Notes: a model not told the origin generated them from the sequence alone. DNA of 64,000 nucleotides from Chara braunii (GCA_003427395.1 BFEA01000031.1:1073218-1137217); one strand, 5' to 3'. Shown: positions 1 to 13,545, numbered from the stretch's first letter. Numbers and translations are program-made.

Positions 1-2659
1 CATCGTGATCTACAGTCGTACCCTAGAGGATCACCTGACCCATCTTCGCACTGTCCTGCAGCGACTACGCGACCACGGTTCGATTTCCTCGAGCACCAGG
101 TATCTGAGCACAGCCTCCACATGGACGACTCGAAGATTCAGGCCATCGTCGATTGGCCTACGCCTACATCTCTCCCCGCCCTGCGTAGTTTTCTTGGTTT
201 GACCAACTACTATGGCCATTTCCTCAAAAACTATGCGCAATATTCTTCCCAGCTTACCCCTCTGACCCATAGACGTCTACCTTTTCATTGGACCCCGGCT
301 CACGAGGATGCCTTTCGCTCTCTCAAGCGACTTGTCACTTCAGCCCCTGTCTTACACTTACCCGACTACTCGCGTCCATTCATTGTTACCACCGACGCGT
401 CTGACTTCGCTATTGGAGTTGTTCTCTCCCAGATTTACCCAGCCCCTTCTACTTCTCCTGATTCCACAGAGTCTCGCCTCCCTCGCATCCCTCGCTTCCC
501 CCCTCCACCCCCAGCGACTGCGGCTCATCTTGCACCTATCGAGCCCCACCCCTCAGGGGATCCACCCCCCTACATCCCTGACGTCGCTGATGACGGTACA
601 GTCGAGTCTCGCGATGGACAGTGTCTGGATGCTTATCTCTCTCGACAGCTACTTCCCGCTGAGCGTAACTACACCGCCGACGAGCGTGAGGTCCTCGAGC
701 TGGTCTACGTTGTTAAGAAGTGGCGTCATCACTTGCACGATCACACTTTCACCGTTCTGACGGACAACTCTGTCCTCGCCGCCTTCCAGACGAAGCCTAA
801 GCTCACTTCTCGCCAGGCTCGTTGGTGGCGTGACCTCTCAGAGTTTGACTTCACCATCAAGAAGATTTATGGGGAAAGCAATCGTGTCGCAGATGCTTTA
901 TCCCGCCACCCCGACCTTCAGTGCGAGGACCGTCGGCTCTCTGCTATTTCATTTCCCACCAATCACCCCGCCTTCCTGGATGAGTACCGTTGTGCATACA
1001 CCCAGTGCCCTGAGTTTCAGTCCATCTACGCTGACCTACAGGCTGCCAAGTTCGTCCCTTACTTCCAGCTCGATCCCTTTGGACTCCTATACTGGCTTGG
1101 TCGCCAAGGTACCCGTACTCCTCGCTTATGTGTACCCTCTACTGGCCAGCTCCGCGTTCGGGCTGTCGCTGAGTGTCACGACCAACGCGCCGCCGGTCAT
1201 CTCGATGTCTGGGAGCACCGTCGTCCCTTCACTAAGGAGTACGTCCGCACCTGCAGAATCTGCCAAGAGGCCAACATCCCCAACCAACCCCCCTACGGTC
1301 TTCTTCAGCCCTTACCCATTCCAACTCAGCGTTGGACTTCCGTCTCCATGGACTTCATCGGCCCTCTTCGTCCCCCTACCCCACGAGGCCACGATGCCAT
1401 CTTCGTTGTTGTCAGTCGGTTGACTAAGCATGCTAATTTCCTCCCTTGCAAGTATGCTAGTTCAGCCAAAGACATCGCCTCCTTATACTTCAACCGTATT
1501 GCCATTCATCACGGTCTTCCCACTAGCATCGTCTCTGATCGCGATCCCCGCTTTACTTCTCNNTTCTGGCNTGGACTCCATGAGATCTATGGCTCCGAGC
1601 TCCGCCTCTCCTCCTCCTATCACCCCCAGTCAGATGGACAGACCGAGGTCACCAACAAAACTCTTGGGAGTATCCTCAAGAAGTTTGTTGAGAGTGACTC
1701 TGATTGGGATCTGCATCTTGCTCACGCAGAGATTGCTTATAACCATGCTATTTCACCGGCCACTGGCATGTCTCCCTACTACTGTGACTTGGGATACCAT
1801 CCTCGTGTCCCATCTGACCTTCTCCGTCCATCTCAGATCCATCCCGACACCAAATGCCCTGCCCTCGATGACTGGGTAAAGGAGATGGATGCGCTTCTTA
1901 GCAAGGTTCGCGAGAGCATTGCTGACTCTCAGACTCGCATGGCCACTCGCGCTAACCGCTCTCGCATCAACCATCCCTTCAAAGTTGGCGACGAGGTTCT
2001 TGTCGACGCACGTCACTTCCAGCCCGAAGCTGACACACTTCGAAAATTCAGACGTCGATATACTGGACCATGCACCATTCTTGCACCCGCCGGACCCAAT
2101 CATGACTTGTCCGGTGAGCTTCAAATTGAAGCTCCCCGATTCCATGTACCGCACTAACTTACATGACGTGTTCCATGTATCTCTTTTGCGCCCCTTCAGA
2201 CGGTCTCCTCCCGAGTTCCACGGTCGACCTTACCCTCGCCCCTCTCCCATCATCATTGAGGGTCACGAGGAGTTTGTCGTCTCTGATATCGCGTCCCGGC
2301 GTATGACTGATGGTGACCCTCCCCGCCTCGAGTATCTCGTTCGATGGAAGGGTTACCCTGACGAGGAGTCTAATTGAGAGCCTCTTGAGCACCTGAAGCA
2401 TGCCATGACTTCCGTGCGTGCTTACGATCATGCTCATCCTTTCCCTTCATCATCATCCCCTCCTACTTCTCGTCCTTCTACTGACCCATCTACTTCAGCG
2501 ACCACTAACATCCCCCCTCCTCCATCGATGGGTCCTCCTGCTCCACCGATACCTGCCTCAAGTCCTTCTTCCCCTGTGGATGTGGTTCCGCCTGTTGTTG
2601 CAGTTGAGTCCTCTCGCCCTCAGCGTACCCATCGACTTCCTTCTCGATATCGTAACTGA
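1..2659 (+). mobile_element. Ty3/Gypsy chromovirus-type pol remnant (RT end, RNase H, integrase, chromodomain)
   Basis: RNase H motifs TTDASDFAIG, ERNYTADERE, NRVADALSR. Integrase motifs SMDFI, SDRDPRF, HPQSDGQTEV. Chromodomain EFVVSDI..EYLVRWKGYPDEESN*EP. Frameshift near 2107, premature TGA at 2375-2377, and a deletion within the HHCC region. Confidence 0.95.
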
Positions 2660-2737
2660 TCTTACGCCCTATACGCCCTTTATCTTTTACCATTCTTGGA
2701 CACTTATGCAGCAGCTCCCGATCTCGGTTTCTACACT

Positions 2738-2805
2738 CGGCTTCTACATTCGGATTCTACATTCGGCTTCTACATTCGGCTTCTACATTCGGCTTCTACA
2801 TCGAC
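2738..2805 (+). repeat. 13-bp tandem repeat CGGCTTCTACATT, about 5 units
   Basis: Directly visible, downstream of the first Gypsy pol. Confidence 0.9.
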
Positions 2806-3394
2806 TTCCGACCACAGTGCTTCTCTTCAGTACCAGAGTACATCTCGCATTGTTCCGGACTTCTACTCAGTTTACGCATTACTCCTACTTCATCCTGGCT
2901 ACTTCGACTCGACTTCAGTTTGGAGACTCATCAGTTGGACTACTTCACTTTTTCGGCTACGGAGTCCCATCATTCTCATGTAGCCTTACCCTCGAGTTAC
3001 CCTCCAGTCGCATGATGACCCCTATTTTCCTTGTCTATGTGGGTGTGTCCGCTTGCCGCCCTTCTGCCTTACCTTATGTTGCGCGCCCTCCTCTGGAGTA
3101 CGTTTTCTTTGCTCGCGGCTTTTGGCCACATGTCTATGCCGGCATGGCCCTCTCTTTCCTTCCAGGCTCACCTTATGTGTGCTCCCTTGTGTGAGTGCCC
3201 TTCCCCTTTCAGTTGGCGGTACCCATTTGATGGTTTCCATTGAGCCCAGTGTCGTGTTGTTACCCTCCTTCTGAGCCTGATGACCTTTACCTGGTTGTGT
3301 GGGTGCCCCCTTGGAGTTTACTCTGAGAGTTGTACCTGCCGCCTTCCCACCCATTCCTACCTCTGCCATGCGACTGAGTTCCCTTCTCCTTTGT

Positions 3395-5732
3395 TCAGGT
3401 ATTGTGCATTGTGTACAGGGCACGTGAGTCGTTGCCCATTCCTGCTGGTCCGGGACAGAGTGTCTCAATGGACTTCATGGATACCCTCGTGACCAGCAAG
3501 AGTGGCAAAAGGCACATATTTGTCATAGTTGATAGGTTTACTAAATACGATAGACTAATTCTTATGCCGGAAATAGTGAAAACAAAGCACGTCATCAAGT
3601 TATTAATGGATAACTCGGTGCGTGACTTTGGACTTCCCAAAACCATTGTCAGTGACAGAGATCTGAGATTCACAAGTGAAATGTGGAAAAAGGTTGTTGA
3701 ACAAATGAGTAGTAAACTCCAAATGACTTTGGGGAATCATCCCGAAGCAAATTGTCAAGCGGAACATATGAACCGTGTGGTGCATCATCTGCTCAGGCAT
3801 TACATAAAGCCCAGCCAAGATGACTGGGATGACAAACTTCCTCTCATCGTCAGTCTGTACAATAACGTTGTACAAAGCACCACCGGCGTCAGTCCCAACC
3901 AGCTGCATTTGGGGTGGAAGCCTAGATCTGCTCTAGACTTCCTTCTACCTGAGAATCGACCGACTGCAACTCCTGGAACCATTGAATTTGGTATCCAGTT
4001 TGAGAAACTGTTGCAGCAGGCTGTCGAGCATATCAGAAGTCTCAAGAGGCAATGATTGCCTCTGAGAAAAAGCATAGGCGAAAGTCCACATTTCAGGTAG
4101 GGGAACGCGTCTGGGTAAAGGCCAGTGAACTAGGACAGGAGTTTGGCATCTCTAGGAAGTTAAACCACCAGTACTTGGCCCATACATGGGCCGCGGGCCT
4201 TCCCCGTTAACGCGCCGCAGTTTTCGGGGTTCGGGGAAGGCCCGGCAGTGCAACGGAGGAGGACGTGCGTGGGCCCACAAAAACGGGGCAAATGGTCTGT
4301 AAGATGTCCTGGTGCTGTGCTATGTGGAAACGTTCGGAGGGTGAAGGCGACGAGGGGGAAAAGAGAAAAGAAAAGGAACTGCAACACGAGAAGAAGAAAA
4401 AAACAGATCGTTGCTTTTCTATCTTTTTTTTTTTTTTTTGGAAGAAAACTGGTTTTTTATGAGTGTCCGCCAGCCCTGTAACGTTAGCACTTTTTAGAAT
4501 GTATCCGGCTGTACTTGTGGGCACAGTGGATGAATCTGAGGGCTTGGTATCTCTTTTGCTCTTTGTTTTCTTTTTTGTTTTTTTTTTGGAAGCAGTGTTT
4601 CGGCTGTTTGTGCTTCTGCTCCCCGTGAGACACGGGGAGCATTCAATGCTTGCCAACGGTTCCAAGTCCACAGCTTCACTGCGACGTAGCACTTTCCAGA
4701 ATGTATCTGGCTGCAGTTCGGTGCAGCAGGGGATGTATTCGAGGGCATTCACGTTCAAAGCTTGGTACCTCTTCTCCCCTTTGTTTTTTTTTTGTTTTTT
4801 TTTCTGTTTTTTTTTGTTTTTTTGGAAGCAGTATCGCGGCTGTTTGTGCTTCTGCTCCCCGTGAGAGACGGGGAGCATTCAATGCGTGCCAACCATTTCA
4901 ATTCCAGGGCTTCACTGTGACATAGCACTTTCCAGAATGTATCTGGCTGCACTTCGCTGCAGCAGCGGATGTATCTGAGGGCAATCGCGTTCACAGCTTG
5001 GTACCTTTTTTCCCCTTTGTTTTTTTTTGTTTTTTTTTCCCTTTTCCCCGCCAGAGGCGAGGAGCATTCAACGAGATCTTTCCAGATGGATCTCGATGCA
5101 CTTCTGCCCAGGCCATTTTCATGTACACGAGTGGAAACAAGGACACTATAGCCGCTTTACATTCCAGCTGCTGGCAGCAGGTCCAGAATAAGGGCGGTAC
5201 CTGTGCCAAGCATCAAATGTCCCATGTTGGTTTCCGCCCCCAGCAGGCTCGGTAAAAATCGGCACGCAGGGCATATTCAGGCTCGGCTTCAATAGCTGGG
5301 CCAAGTACTGGTGGTTTAATGCCGCAGTACTTTGGTCCATGGGAAGTCCAAGACATTGTGGGTAGTGATCTAGATGATCCCTTGCACGTCATCAGAATCC
5401 CTGGTCATCTGCGCACTTACCCTGTATTTCACGCTTCCAAACTTGTACCTTTTTTTGACACAGATCTGTTCCCAAAAAGAAGGTCAATGATGCCCCCAAC
5501 CATGGATGGCCACGTGGACGTCGACGACATCTTGGAACACAGAGATTTGCCTGTTCCCAAGCCTGCTGGCAGGGCTAGACCGCCCAAACCTACGAGGGAG
5601 TACCAGGTCAGGTTCAGGCATCATACGGATCCAAAAGAAGATTGTTGGTTCACAAGACAGGAGCCTGTCAAGACAGCACCTCAGATCGTGGCCGAGTACG
5701 AACGAAGACTGAAGGAGAAGGCACCTGCGTAG
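3395..5732 (+). mobile_element. Second Ty3/Gypsy integrase-chromodomain remnant, split by a TIR element
   Basis: VSMDFMD, VIVDRFTK, SDRDLRF, HPEANCQAEHMNR. Removing 4164-5315 plus one TTAA rejoins RKLMPQYFGPW, followed by PVFHASKL and chromo-like DILEHR..REYQVRF. Confidence 0.92.
4164..5315. mobile_element. Non-autonomous TIR element with TTAA target duplication
   Basis: Perfect 19-bp TIR ACCACCAGTACTTGGCCCA; TTAA at 4160-4163 and 5316-5319; internal ~200-240 bp unit repeated about 3 times (starting near 4486, 4687, 4923). Confidence 0.9.
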
Positions 5733-5770
5733 AAGCATCTCAGCGGACTTTCGAAGCTAAGGGGGATGGA

Positions 5771-6865
5771 ATGCGAGCAATGAGCCTCGCCGAGCCCTTA
5801 TCAGACATACAAGTGTTCTGGGTTGTGGCCCCCAGCAAGCCTCGTGCCCGCCCTAAGTGAAGGCAGGCCTGAATATCCACATGAGGCCTGTTCTCGACAT
5901 TTTTTCCATATGTGGGTACTCAGACAGTTGCAGCACGCCAGTTGGTTACAGAGCAACGTGAGCCTCCAGGCTCTTTCCAGCAGCAAAGGGCTGCGCTGTA
6001 CAGTTGAGCCCAGGGCTCAGGCGGTTGCACCCTGGGCACACGTTGTGTGAGGCCGGCACATCACGGACTGTGCACTGGCCAATGAGCAAGCAGGATTGTC
6101 GTCACACATGTGCCGCAAGCCAATGAGAATGCTGCGAACACTTGGAGGCTTGGTGTCTGCCTGGACGTGCCTAACTGCACGAGGCCCAGTCCAGTTTCGG
6201 AAAGTGGGCCTTGGCGGAGACACTTGGGGCCCAGCTGAAGCTACTGCGCTAGTGTCTGCACGGGCGCAGCGGGTCGGGCGCGCGCCCGGCGAGGCAGAGG
6301 GCGCACAGCAGCCATAGCCGAGCTGCAGGGGCGCAATGCAGGTGATGGCGATGGTGGTCTTCGGGTAGGAGGCGCATGAGGAGGTGATCAAGGGGTGATG
6401 AGGGAAGGAGAGAGAACGTACCTGCTGTTTGCTGGTGATCGGCATTGGTGTTGACGTCACTTACATTGGTCTTCGACTTCGGAGTGATCCAGTCGCTTGA
6501 ACGTAGATAGGCTAGATAAGCTGAGTAGAGCAGGCTGGGCGCTGAGCGCCAGACAGTAGGAGCAACATTGGATACTGTAACAGTGTTGATGTGAGCAGGA
6601 GTGTCGACATTGGCACTAGAGTTCTTTGTATTTTCTCTTATGTGGATGGAATCTTGGTGCATTGTGCTTTCTGCTTGGTACATGACTATCTGGACTACTT
6701 TGTGCACTGATTTTGCAACTTGGGTTTCTGTCGATCGCTCTCGCTCAAATTCCTTGCATAACTTGGGGGCAGTCATGAAAACAGTTTGAAAATGCACTTC
6801 AGGCAGTCCCGCGAACACAACACACCCCCACGTGACCCCCACGTGACCCCACCTAGGTTGTATAC
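5771..6865 (+). mobile_element. Possible 3' LTR of the second Gypsy element
   Basis: Purine tract AAGGGGGATGGAA just after the pol stop, then TG at 5771. The right end at ..TGTATACA is a guess. Confidence 0.35.
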
Positions 6866-7379
6866 ATTCACCACTACCGGCCCTTTTTTTGGGGGGGGGA
6901 AGAAGATCAGTCTTTATTAATCATCAAAGCCAGGAAGCGGGCCCAGTAGTAGAGAGAATTCCTCACTACCGGCCCTTTTGCCTCAAGTTCATTTTCAAAC
7001 TCAAACCCTGACTGGGCCATAGTTTTCTCTTTAAAAAAAAAAGGGGGTAAGTGGGACTTGGACCCGGAACTTCTGCAGCTGCTCCTGCTTTGAAAAATGT
7101 ACAGAAACTTGCCTTCGACTGCAAATTGAAGACTTTCATGCCCACCTCACTACACTCGACAATGAAATCGAACTTAGGAAAATCAAAAACAAAAACAAAA
7201 AAAAAGCAGGTTCAAACCAAAAGAAAAAAAAAGAAACTTGTTACGAGTTCTCCTTCCTCATTATGGCTGCATGGGGGCCAACTTTCAGTCTAAATACAGC
7301 GATAATGACCAGGGGGGTTCTCTCCGCGTGAAGACCGGTGGGCATTAAATTACTTCTTTGCTTCCTTTCTTTTTCCTAA

Positions 7380-7545
7380 GGGCCAGATCCCACTGGCAAA
7401 GAGAATTGGAATAAATGGCTGAATCTGGACGTGTTCCACACAGAGATGCAGAAAAGCAGGTCAATCACAATTGTTTGCTCCTCGGCACAAACACGTCCGG
7501 ATTCAGAGTCTTATTCCAATCCTCTTCACCAGTGGGATCTGGCCC
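7380..7545. mobile_element. Tourist/PIF-Harbinger-like fold-back MITE
   Basis: TAA|GGGCCAGATCCCACTGG...CCAGTGGGATCTGGCCC|TAA; arms pair imperfectly over ~55 bp. Confidence 0.85.
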
Positions 7546-7669
7546 TAAGCCCCTAACTTCTCGTGTTCATCGGTTTCCATTATGATCTGAACTCACTCTG
7601 TTCACCAGCAGTTACATGTGTGTACGATTCAGCCACATGACCTGGACGGATATCAAAGTAAAAACCAAG

Positions 7670-7870
7670 AGCCTAGCTCAGTGGGTACACCCATGAACTG
7701 TTGAAATACAGACAGACCCGAGTTCGAATCCAGATGAAGGTACTTGATGAGGAAAACCAAATATTTCTGAATTGCCTGGGCCCGGTCAGCTCAATGATGA
7801 TATCTCAAGGCCGTCGCCCTTGGGGGAAAAAATAAAATAAAAATAATAATAATAATAATAATAATAAATC
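7670..7870 (+). mobile_element. tRNA-derived SINE, family 1
   Basis: A box TAGCTCAGTGG, B box GAGTTCGAATCC, conserved 3' motif ATGATGATATCTCAAGGCCGTCG, A/AAT tail. Confidence 0.8.
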
Positions 7871-8455
7871 CAAACCTCAATTTATTCCAAAACATCAATT
7901 GCAAGAGGCCGGGGACCTCACAATTCAATGCTTTTTTTTAATATAATATTCTTATATAATATTTCTGCAACACGGATTTCACAAGCGTCGGACGGCATTC
8001 GCTGAAAAGAGGGTACAAAAAAAAAAAATAAAGACGGTTCTATGCTTTATCAGTTTAATATTGTATCTGATCCGTGGTCCATAAATTAAATAAAATAAAA
8101 TAATAAATAAATAAATAAATAAACTTGCGTTCTGAAGCAGGAAAAACAGTACGGTAAGGCAAGTGTTGAGAAGATTCGATGTTCGAGAGAAGGTAAATGG
8201 CATGAATGAAAGAGAATGACGAAGAGAGAAACCAATTTGAGGTGGGTCGAGTACTAGTTGGCGGCCGAGGGGTTCGGGAACAGGTGTTGGTGGTGGGGGG
8301 AGCGAGTGACGGAGGTTTGGAGGAGGGGGAGGCAGGGGGGAAACGGGGAGAGGCGCGAAGGCTTGCAGGAGGGGGAGATAGGGGAAAAACAGGGAGAGGA
8401 ACGAGGGGTCAGATTGAGCCGCACAAGGGGCGAGAGCAAGAATGCTAAATGTGTG

Positions 8456-8538
<83 letters not shown>

Positions 8539-9045
8539 GGACCTTGATGGGGAAACGGACTAAGTAACAACTTGAAGGGAGGAGGCAAGTTGCGATAAAT
8601 CTCCCATTCCTGGAAATCCGAAGGATCTCCCAATCCGCGGAGGAGGAGGAGGAAGAACAAAAGAAGCAGCACGGTAAAGAGGAGGAAGAGAATATCAACG
8701 AAGACGATGACGGCACCAAAAGCCGCAAAATCGACAAGAAGGGCAATATGTAGGTGATGATGACATTAACAATAACGCGGATGACACTGGGAGGGTACCG
8801 TCTTTGAGGCGGGGATGGGTGGAGAAGAAAGAAGAGGGTAGGTAAAGGGGGGGAGAACGAGGAGGATAGGGAAGGGGGAGGGAAGCACACGAGCGAAAAT
8901 ACACGAGAGACAAAGGCAGAGAAGCGCGCTAAGAGGGCAAAATTATGATTATACAAAATCGTAGCCCTGGCCATTCCTCGCCAGGCCCGGAAGAAAATAT
9001 AGATCAGCATCGGTGTCATATAGCAAAAGAATTCAGATACCAATC

Positions 9046-9114
<69 letters not shown>

Positions 9115-9489
9115 TCCACAGGTCAGAGGCAAATTGGGAGGACGGGTACGTCGAGGAGGAAGCCAGCGGGGAGAGGAGGATGGAAGAACGGAGAGGCGGC
9201 AGAGGAGGATGGAAGAACGGAGAGGCGGCAGAGGAAGATGGAAGAACGGAGAAATCTGCAGATTCCCAACTCTAAACTTATGATCTAAAACCAGATCTCC
9301 TTTCCCTGGTCGTTCTGGAGAAATCGAGTGCATCCTCCTGCAGAGTTGGAGCGTAGGCATCGCCATTTTCTACTTTCTCGTGTCGCAAAGGTGCCGACAG
9401 CACTGACACGTTCAGGTTAGAGCGTTCCCCCCCTTCCCTGTTCCCTCCTCTCGCATTCCCCTTCGATATTGTTTACGTTCAAGTGATAA

Positions 9490-9545
<56 letters not shown>

Positions 9546-9583
9546 CTGTCTCTTATACACATCTAGATGTGTATAAGAGACAG
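9546..9583. other. Nextera mate-pair junction adapter (assembly artefact)
   Basis: Exact CTGTCTCTTATACACATCT+AGATGTGTATAAGAGACAG, the back-to-back Tn5 mosaic ends. Confidence 0.98.
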
Positions 9584-9996
9584 ATATCGGTCCATGCACT
9601 ATTCTTTCACCCACCGGACCTAATCATGATTGTCCGATGGACTTCAAATTGAAGCTCCCTGATTCCATGTACCGCACTAACTTACATGACGTGTTCCATG
9701 TATCTCTTTTGCGCCCCTTCAGACGGTCTCCTCCCGAGTTCCACGGTCGACCTTACCCTCGCCCCTCTCCCNNNNNNNNNNNNNNNNNNNNNNNNNNNNN
9801 NNNNNNNNNNNNNNNNNNNNNNNNNNNNNNNNNNNNNNNNNNNNNNNNNNNNNNNNNNNNNNNNNNNNNNNNNNNNNNNNNNNNNNNNNNNNNNNNNNNN
9901 NNNNNNNNNNNNNNNNNNNNNNNNNNNNNNNNNNNNNNNNNNNNNNNNNNNNNNNNNNNNNNNNNNNNNNNNNNNNNNNNNNNNNNNNNNNNNNNN

Positions 9997-10039
<43 letters not shown>

Positions 10040-10997
10040 TCAGGCAAACACGCACCTCTCTCTCTCTGGGACACACGTGCACACGCGCACTACTCGCCCC
10101 CACCTCACACACACAGAGTCCCACGCATTCCCACATACCCGCGAACATGCGCCCCCCCCCAACACACACACACACATGCAAGTGTGCCGCTTTGTCGGCA
10201 GACGCGTGTGTGGGCACTTGGCGCTGAACCACACAAACGTGACCAACCTTCCATTTTCTATTACTATATTGCCTATCTATATTTTTTCGTTATGAATGGC
10301 TTGTGATGATTTGTAAAGGGAATGAGAGAGAGAATCTGGGGTTTTGTAAAACAACACACTCCCACGCACGCACACACACGCATGCCCCCCCCACCGCCTT
10401 CCCCCAAACGCATCACATACACACACACACGCGCGCGCGCGAGAGAGAGAGAGAGCGTATTTAGATATACACGGGGCTTGAGGGAGAGTGAGGAAGTCGG
10501 ATTCAACGAGATCACAAGTGATGCTCGGAATGCACATGGAGGAGCCCATACAGAGGGAGCAAGTTGGATCAATTTTCGGCAGCCTCGAGAAAAGGGACAC
10601 TTGCCTTTTTCGGCGGTCCACCCGCCTTCCCTCCTGTCGGACAGAAGTAGACGCGCCTGGTGGAGAAGAATTGGTTGGAGGCGAAGGCAACCTGCACTGC
10701 TATGCTCTGTCCGAATGACCTCCCCTGAACGGCGTGCCAGAAAAAATAAAAAGATAAAAAATGGAGATCTACCAATGATTCGCGCGCCAACTCGCCCGAT
10801 CCCGCTATTACGGGGAAGTCCTCTCCAACCCCTGGGAGTGTCGATGTCGACGGTGGGTGCCTCCCCTGCAAGTCCTGGGAATGCTATGCTACGGCAGTCT
10901 GACGGTCAGGGGGCAGGAAGAAACAATGATGAAATGATGAATGAAATCAACCGTCGAAGGGCTGGCTACGAAGTAGTCGGACCATCAATTTCCCTTG

Positions 10998-11160
10998 TTT
11001 TTTTTGAAAGGGCGACGGCCTTGAGATATCATCATTGAGCTGACCGGCTCCAGGCAATTCAGAAATAGTTGGTTTTACGACTTTACTCATCAAGTTCCAT
11101 CATCTGGATTCGAACACGGGTCTGTATTTTCAACAGTTCATGGGTGGACCCACTGGCTCT
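10998..11160 (-). mobile_element. tRNA-derived SINE, family 1
   Basis: Reverse-complement homolog of 7670-7830 with an A-tail. Confidence 0.8.
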
Positions 11161-11389
11161 TGGGTTCGCATCATCAATTTCAGGTACAGCATAGTTCGTC
11201 CCATAGTCGTGTCCATCAGCGGCTTGTCGGACCCAAGTATTTGGGACCATGTGGTCCGGCTTCGCTGGGGCCATGTCCCATAGGCACAGTCCCATAGCAG
11301 GCACCGTTGAGTTGAGCTACCTTTTTTTTTTTTTTTTTTTCTATTCTTCTCTCAATTCACCTTTCACTAACTACCTTTCACTACTCCTC

Positions 11390-11800
11390 AGCCTATACAG
11401 GGGACCCCTGCAAGCATGTTGCCCTGTGCCATTGGGGGAGGTCAGCTAATGACAAGACCAAGCATTTGGCCAGTATCTGCGCCTCCCATCTACTTACCCC
11501 GCCCCCGTACAGTAACAGCAGTGTCTACGGCAAGCTTTCTCCCACACACCACGCACAACCCACCGTTCTTGTCAGGGGTTTGGGCTGGCAGTCTGCTAGG
11601 ATTGCAAGGTTGGTGTGAGTAAAGTCGACCACTTTTCTCTCTCAGGGGTATCACTAACTCTGGGCGATGTGGTGAGTCCTTATCCATCAGTCAAATGCAT
11701 CGGGGTTCAACCTCCTGATGAGTAGGTGAAAGTCCGACGAAACAGTCTGGTACAGTCATGCTTTTTTTTAGTGTATAGCGAATATGACAACACACGCACG
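11390..11800 (+). mobile_element. Hammerhead-bearing short repeat, family A copy 1
   Basis: Homologous to 41548-41918 (CCGTTCTTGTCAGGGGTTTGG, GGTGAGTCCTTATCCATCAGTC, GTGTATAGCGAAYATGACAACACAC); ends in a CA-rich tract. The 5' boundary is approximate. Confidence 0.75.
11699..11749 (+). ncRNA. Type III hammerhead remnant lacking the 5' arm of helix III
   Basis: AUC-GGGG-UUCAA-CCUC-CUGAUGA-GUAGG-UGAAAGU-CCGAC-GAAA-CAGUCUG. Relative to the 41.8 kb copy, 14 nt (GCCTGGGAAGACTG) are deleted upstream. Confidence 0.8.
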
Positions 11801-12303
11801 CCAGTGATGGCCAAAGAACTTACCAATACTGAACAGGGGGAGTAAGTCAACTATCTCAGTTGGTTGGCACCAAGAGTGCCACAGGTGTTGCCGGGATTGA
11901 ACCCACGACCTCCTGAATGCCACTTGCATACATAACAAACTGAGCTAGGCCTTTGCTGCCTCAATGTTGGGACACCCATAAAACCCAACAAAAAAATTGA
12001 AGAAACAATGTTCTACTTTTTATTTGCATTTCGTTGTTTTTCCTGCTTTTCTTTTTTGCAGATAGTACTAGATGCTGGACGCTAGGCCTGGGTGCCTGTA
12101 ATTGTTCTCAACCATTAGAGGAGATCAGATGGCTTGTGGCAGCCCCAAGGACAGTCTCCTCCAGGGGGCGTCATTCGTGAAATCCTTTTTTGTTATCCTA
12201 ATCAGATGGCAAGTCGAGCCCTACAGCTGTGCGACTCAGACCTGTCTCTAGACGTAGACCTACACCAACCCATGCCTTCCAAGGGTCTCAGATGAGTGTT
12301 CCA

Positions 12304-13428
12304 TGTGACGTTCAACCTCACGCCCTGTCCTGTCTTCCGGTCGGAGTGATTAATTGTGCGGAATAGGCCCTGAAAGACAACAGAATGGGGTGTGCCAAGG
12401 ATTTTTGGGAAATTGAGTGTGGGTACTCGGACAGAACTGAAGTCCCCCCCGTGGTTCCAGTTTTAGCGAGAACAGGTTATTGACGCGCGGAAGGGAACAC
12501 ACGCGCGCGATTTTCAAAACATCCATTCAATCCAAAAAGTATCACTGAACTTTTGCATGGGCCACGGGCCGTCTTTTAGAGTGGAAGGGCGAGGGTACAC
12601 ACGTGGATCTGGTTTTCTAATCAGATCTCGGCGCCACTCATTGCAGAGCTCGGAATCCGATGTGGAGGGCCTTACCCTGGTTGCACATTCCTTGTGTTCG
12701 TCTTCACCACGTGTGCGGTAGTGGAACTCCCTTTTCCGGTACCACTCTGCCCGGCAACAATGGCTGCACAGGGTATCAGGCCAATGGGCTGCTACTGCCA
12801 GCCACGGAAGGACGATCAACTCGTTAAAAGGCAACAACGAGTACGGAGGAAAGTGGGTATCGATAATGACAAAACCAGCACCTACGAATCCAGAGCACCT
12901 TGTTTCTGGTGGAAAGTAATATCGTCCTTTCCTCGTTATACAGAAATGGACGTGATGGGGATGCGTGGAGTCAGCACCCAGACGGGTCGGAGCAATCGGT
13001 CCACATGACGCGAGCAAATTTTTAAGTACGTAAATTTCACTCCGTCGATTGTTCAATCGCAAAAGTAATTAGTTAGGATGTCTCCATTTGGTAAACCGAT
13101 GAAAAAGAAAGGTGTGAGTTTGACCCAATCACAACAGCAGTCATCATTCACTACAGAAGCAACGAGCATATATTCTCATAATCTTGTTGGGGTTTAGCTT
13201 ATTCAGCTCAGGCATTACCCATGCATGACAAACCTTACACACGGGAATCCTCCATTGTTCGACGGACATATCAATCGACAGAAAAGATCGATAAGATCTT
13301 CCAGAGCTCACTGGTCCCTTTGAGTTCAACGATGCTCGCTCGTGCGAGAGCCACTTGAATTCAACAGGGGCGAGCGAGACCAAGGAAATTTTGAGTCATT
13401 TCATCATTCATCAAGCAATCATGGATAA

Positions 13429-13520
<92 letters not shown>

Positions 13521-13545
13521 NNNNNNNNNNNNNNNNNNNNNNNNN

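Noticed and set aside
7979-9366. Long ORFs (354 aa and others)
   Set aside because: They are low-complexity products of (GA)n and purine-rich tracts with no recognisable domain.
9546-9583. Perfect 38-bp palindrome suggesting a Tn5 end or regulatory site (also at 29121)
   Set aside because: It is exactly the Nextera mate-pair junction adapter.
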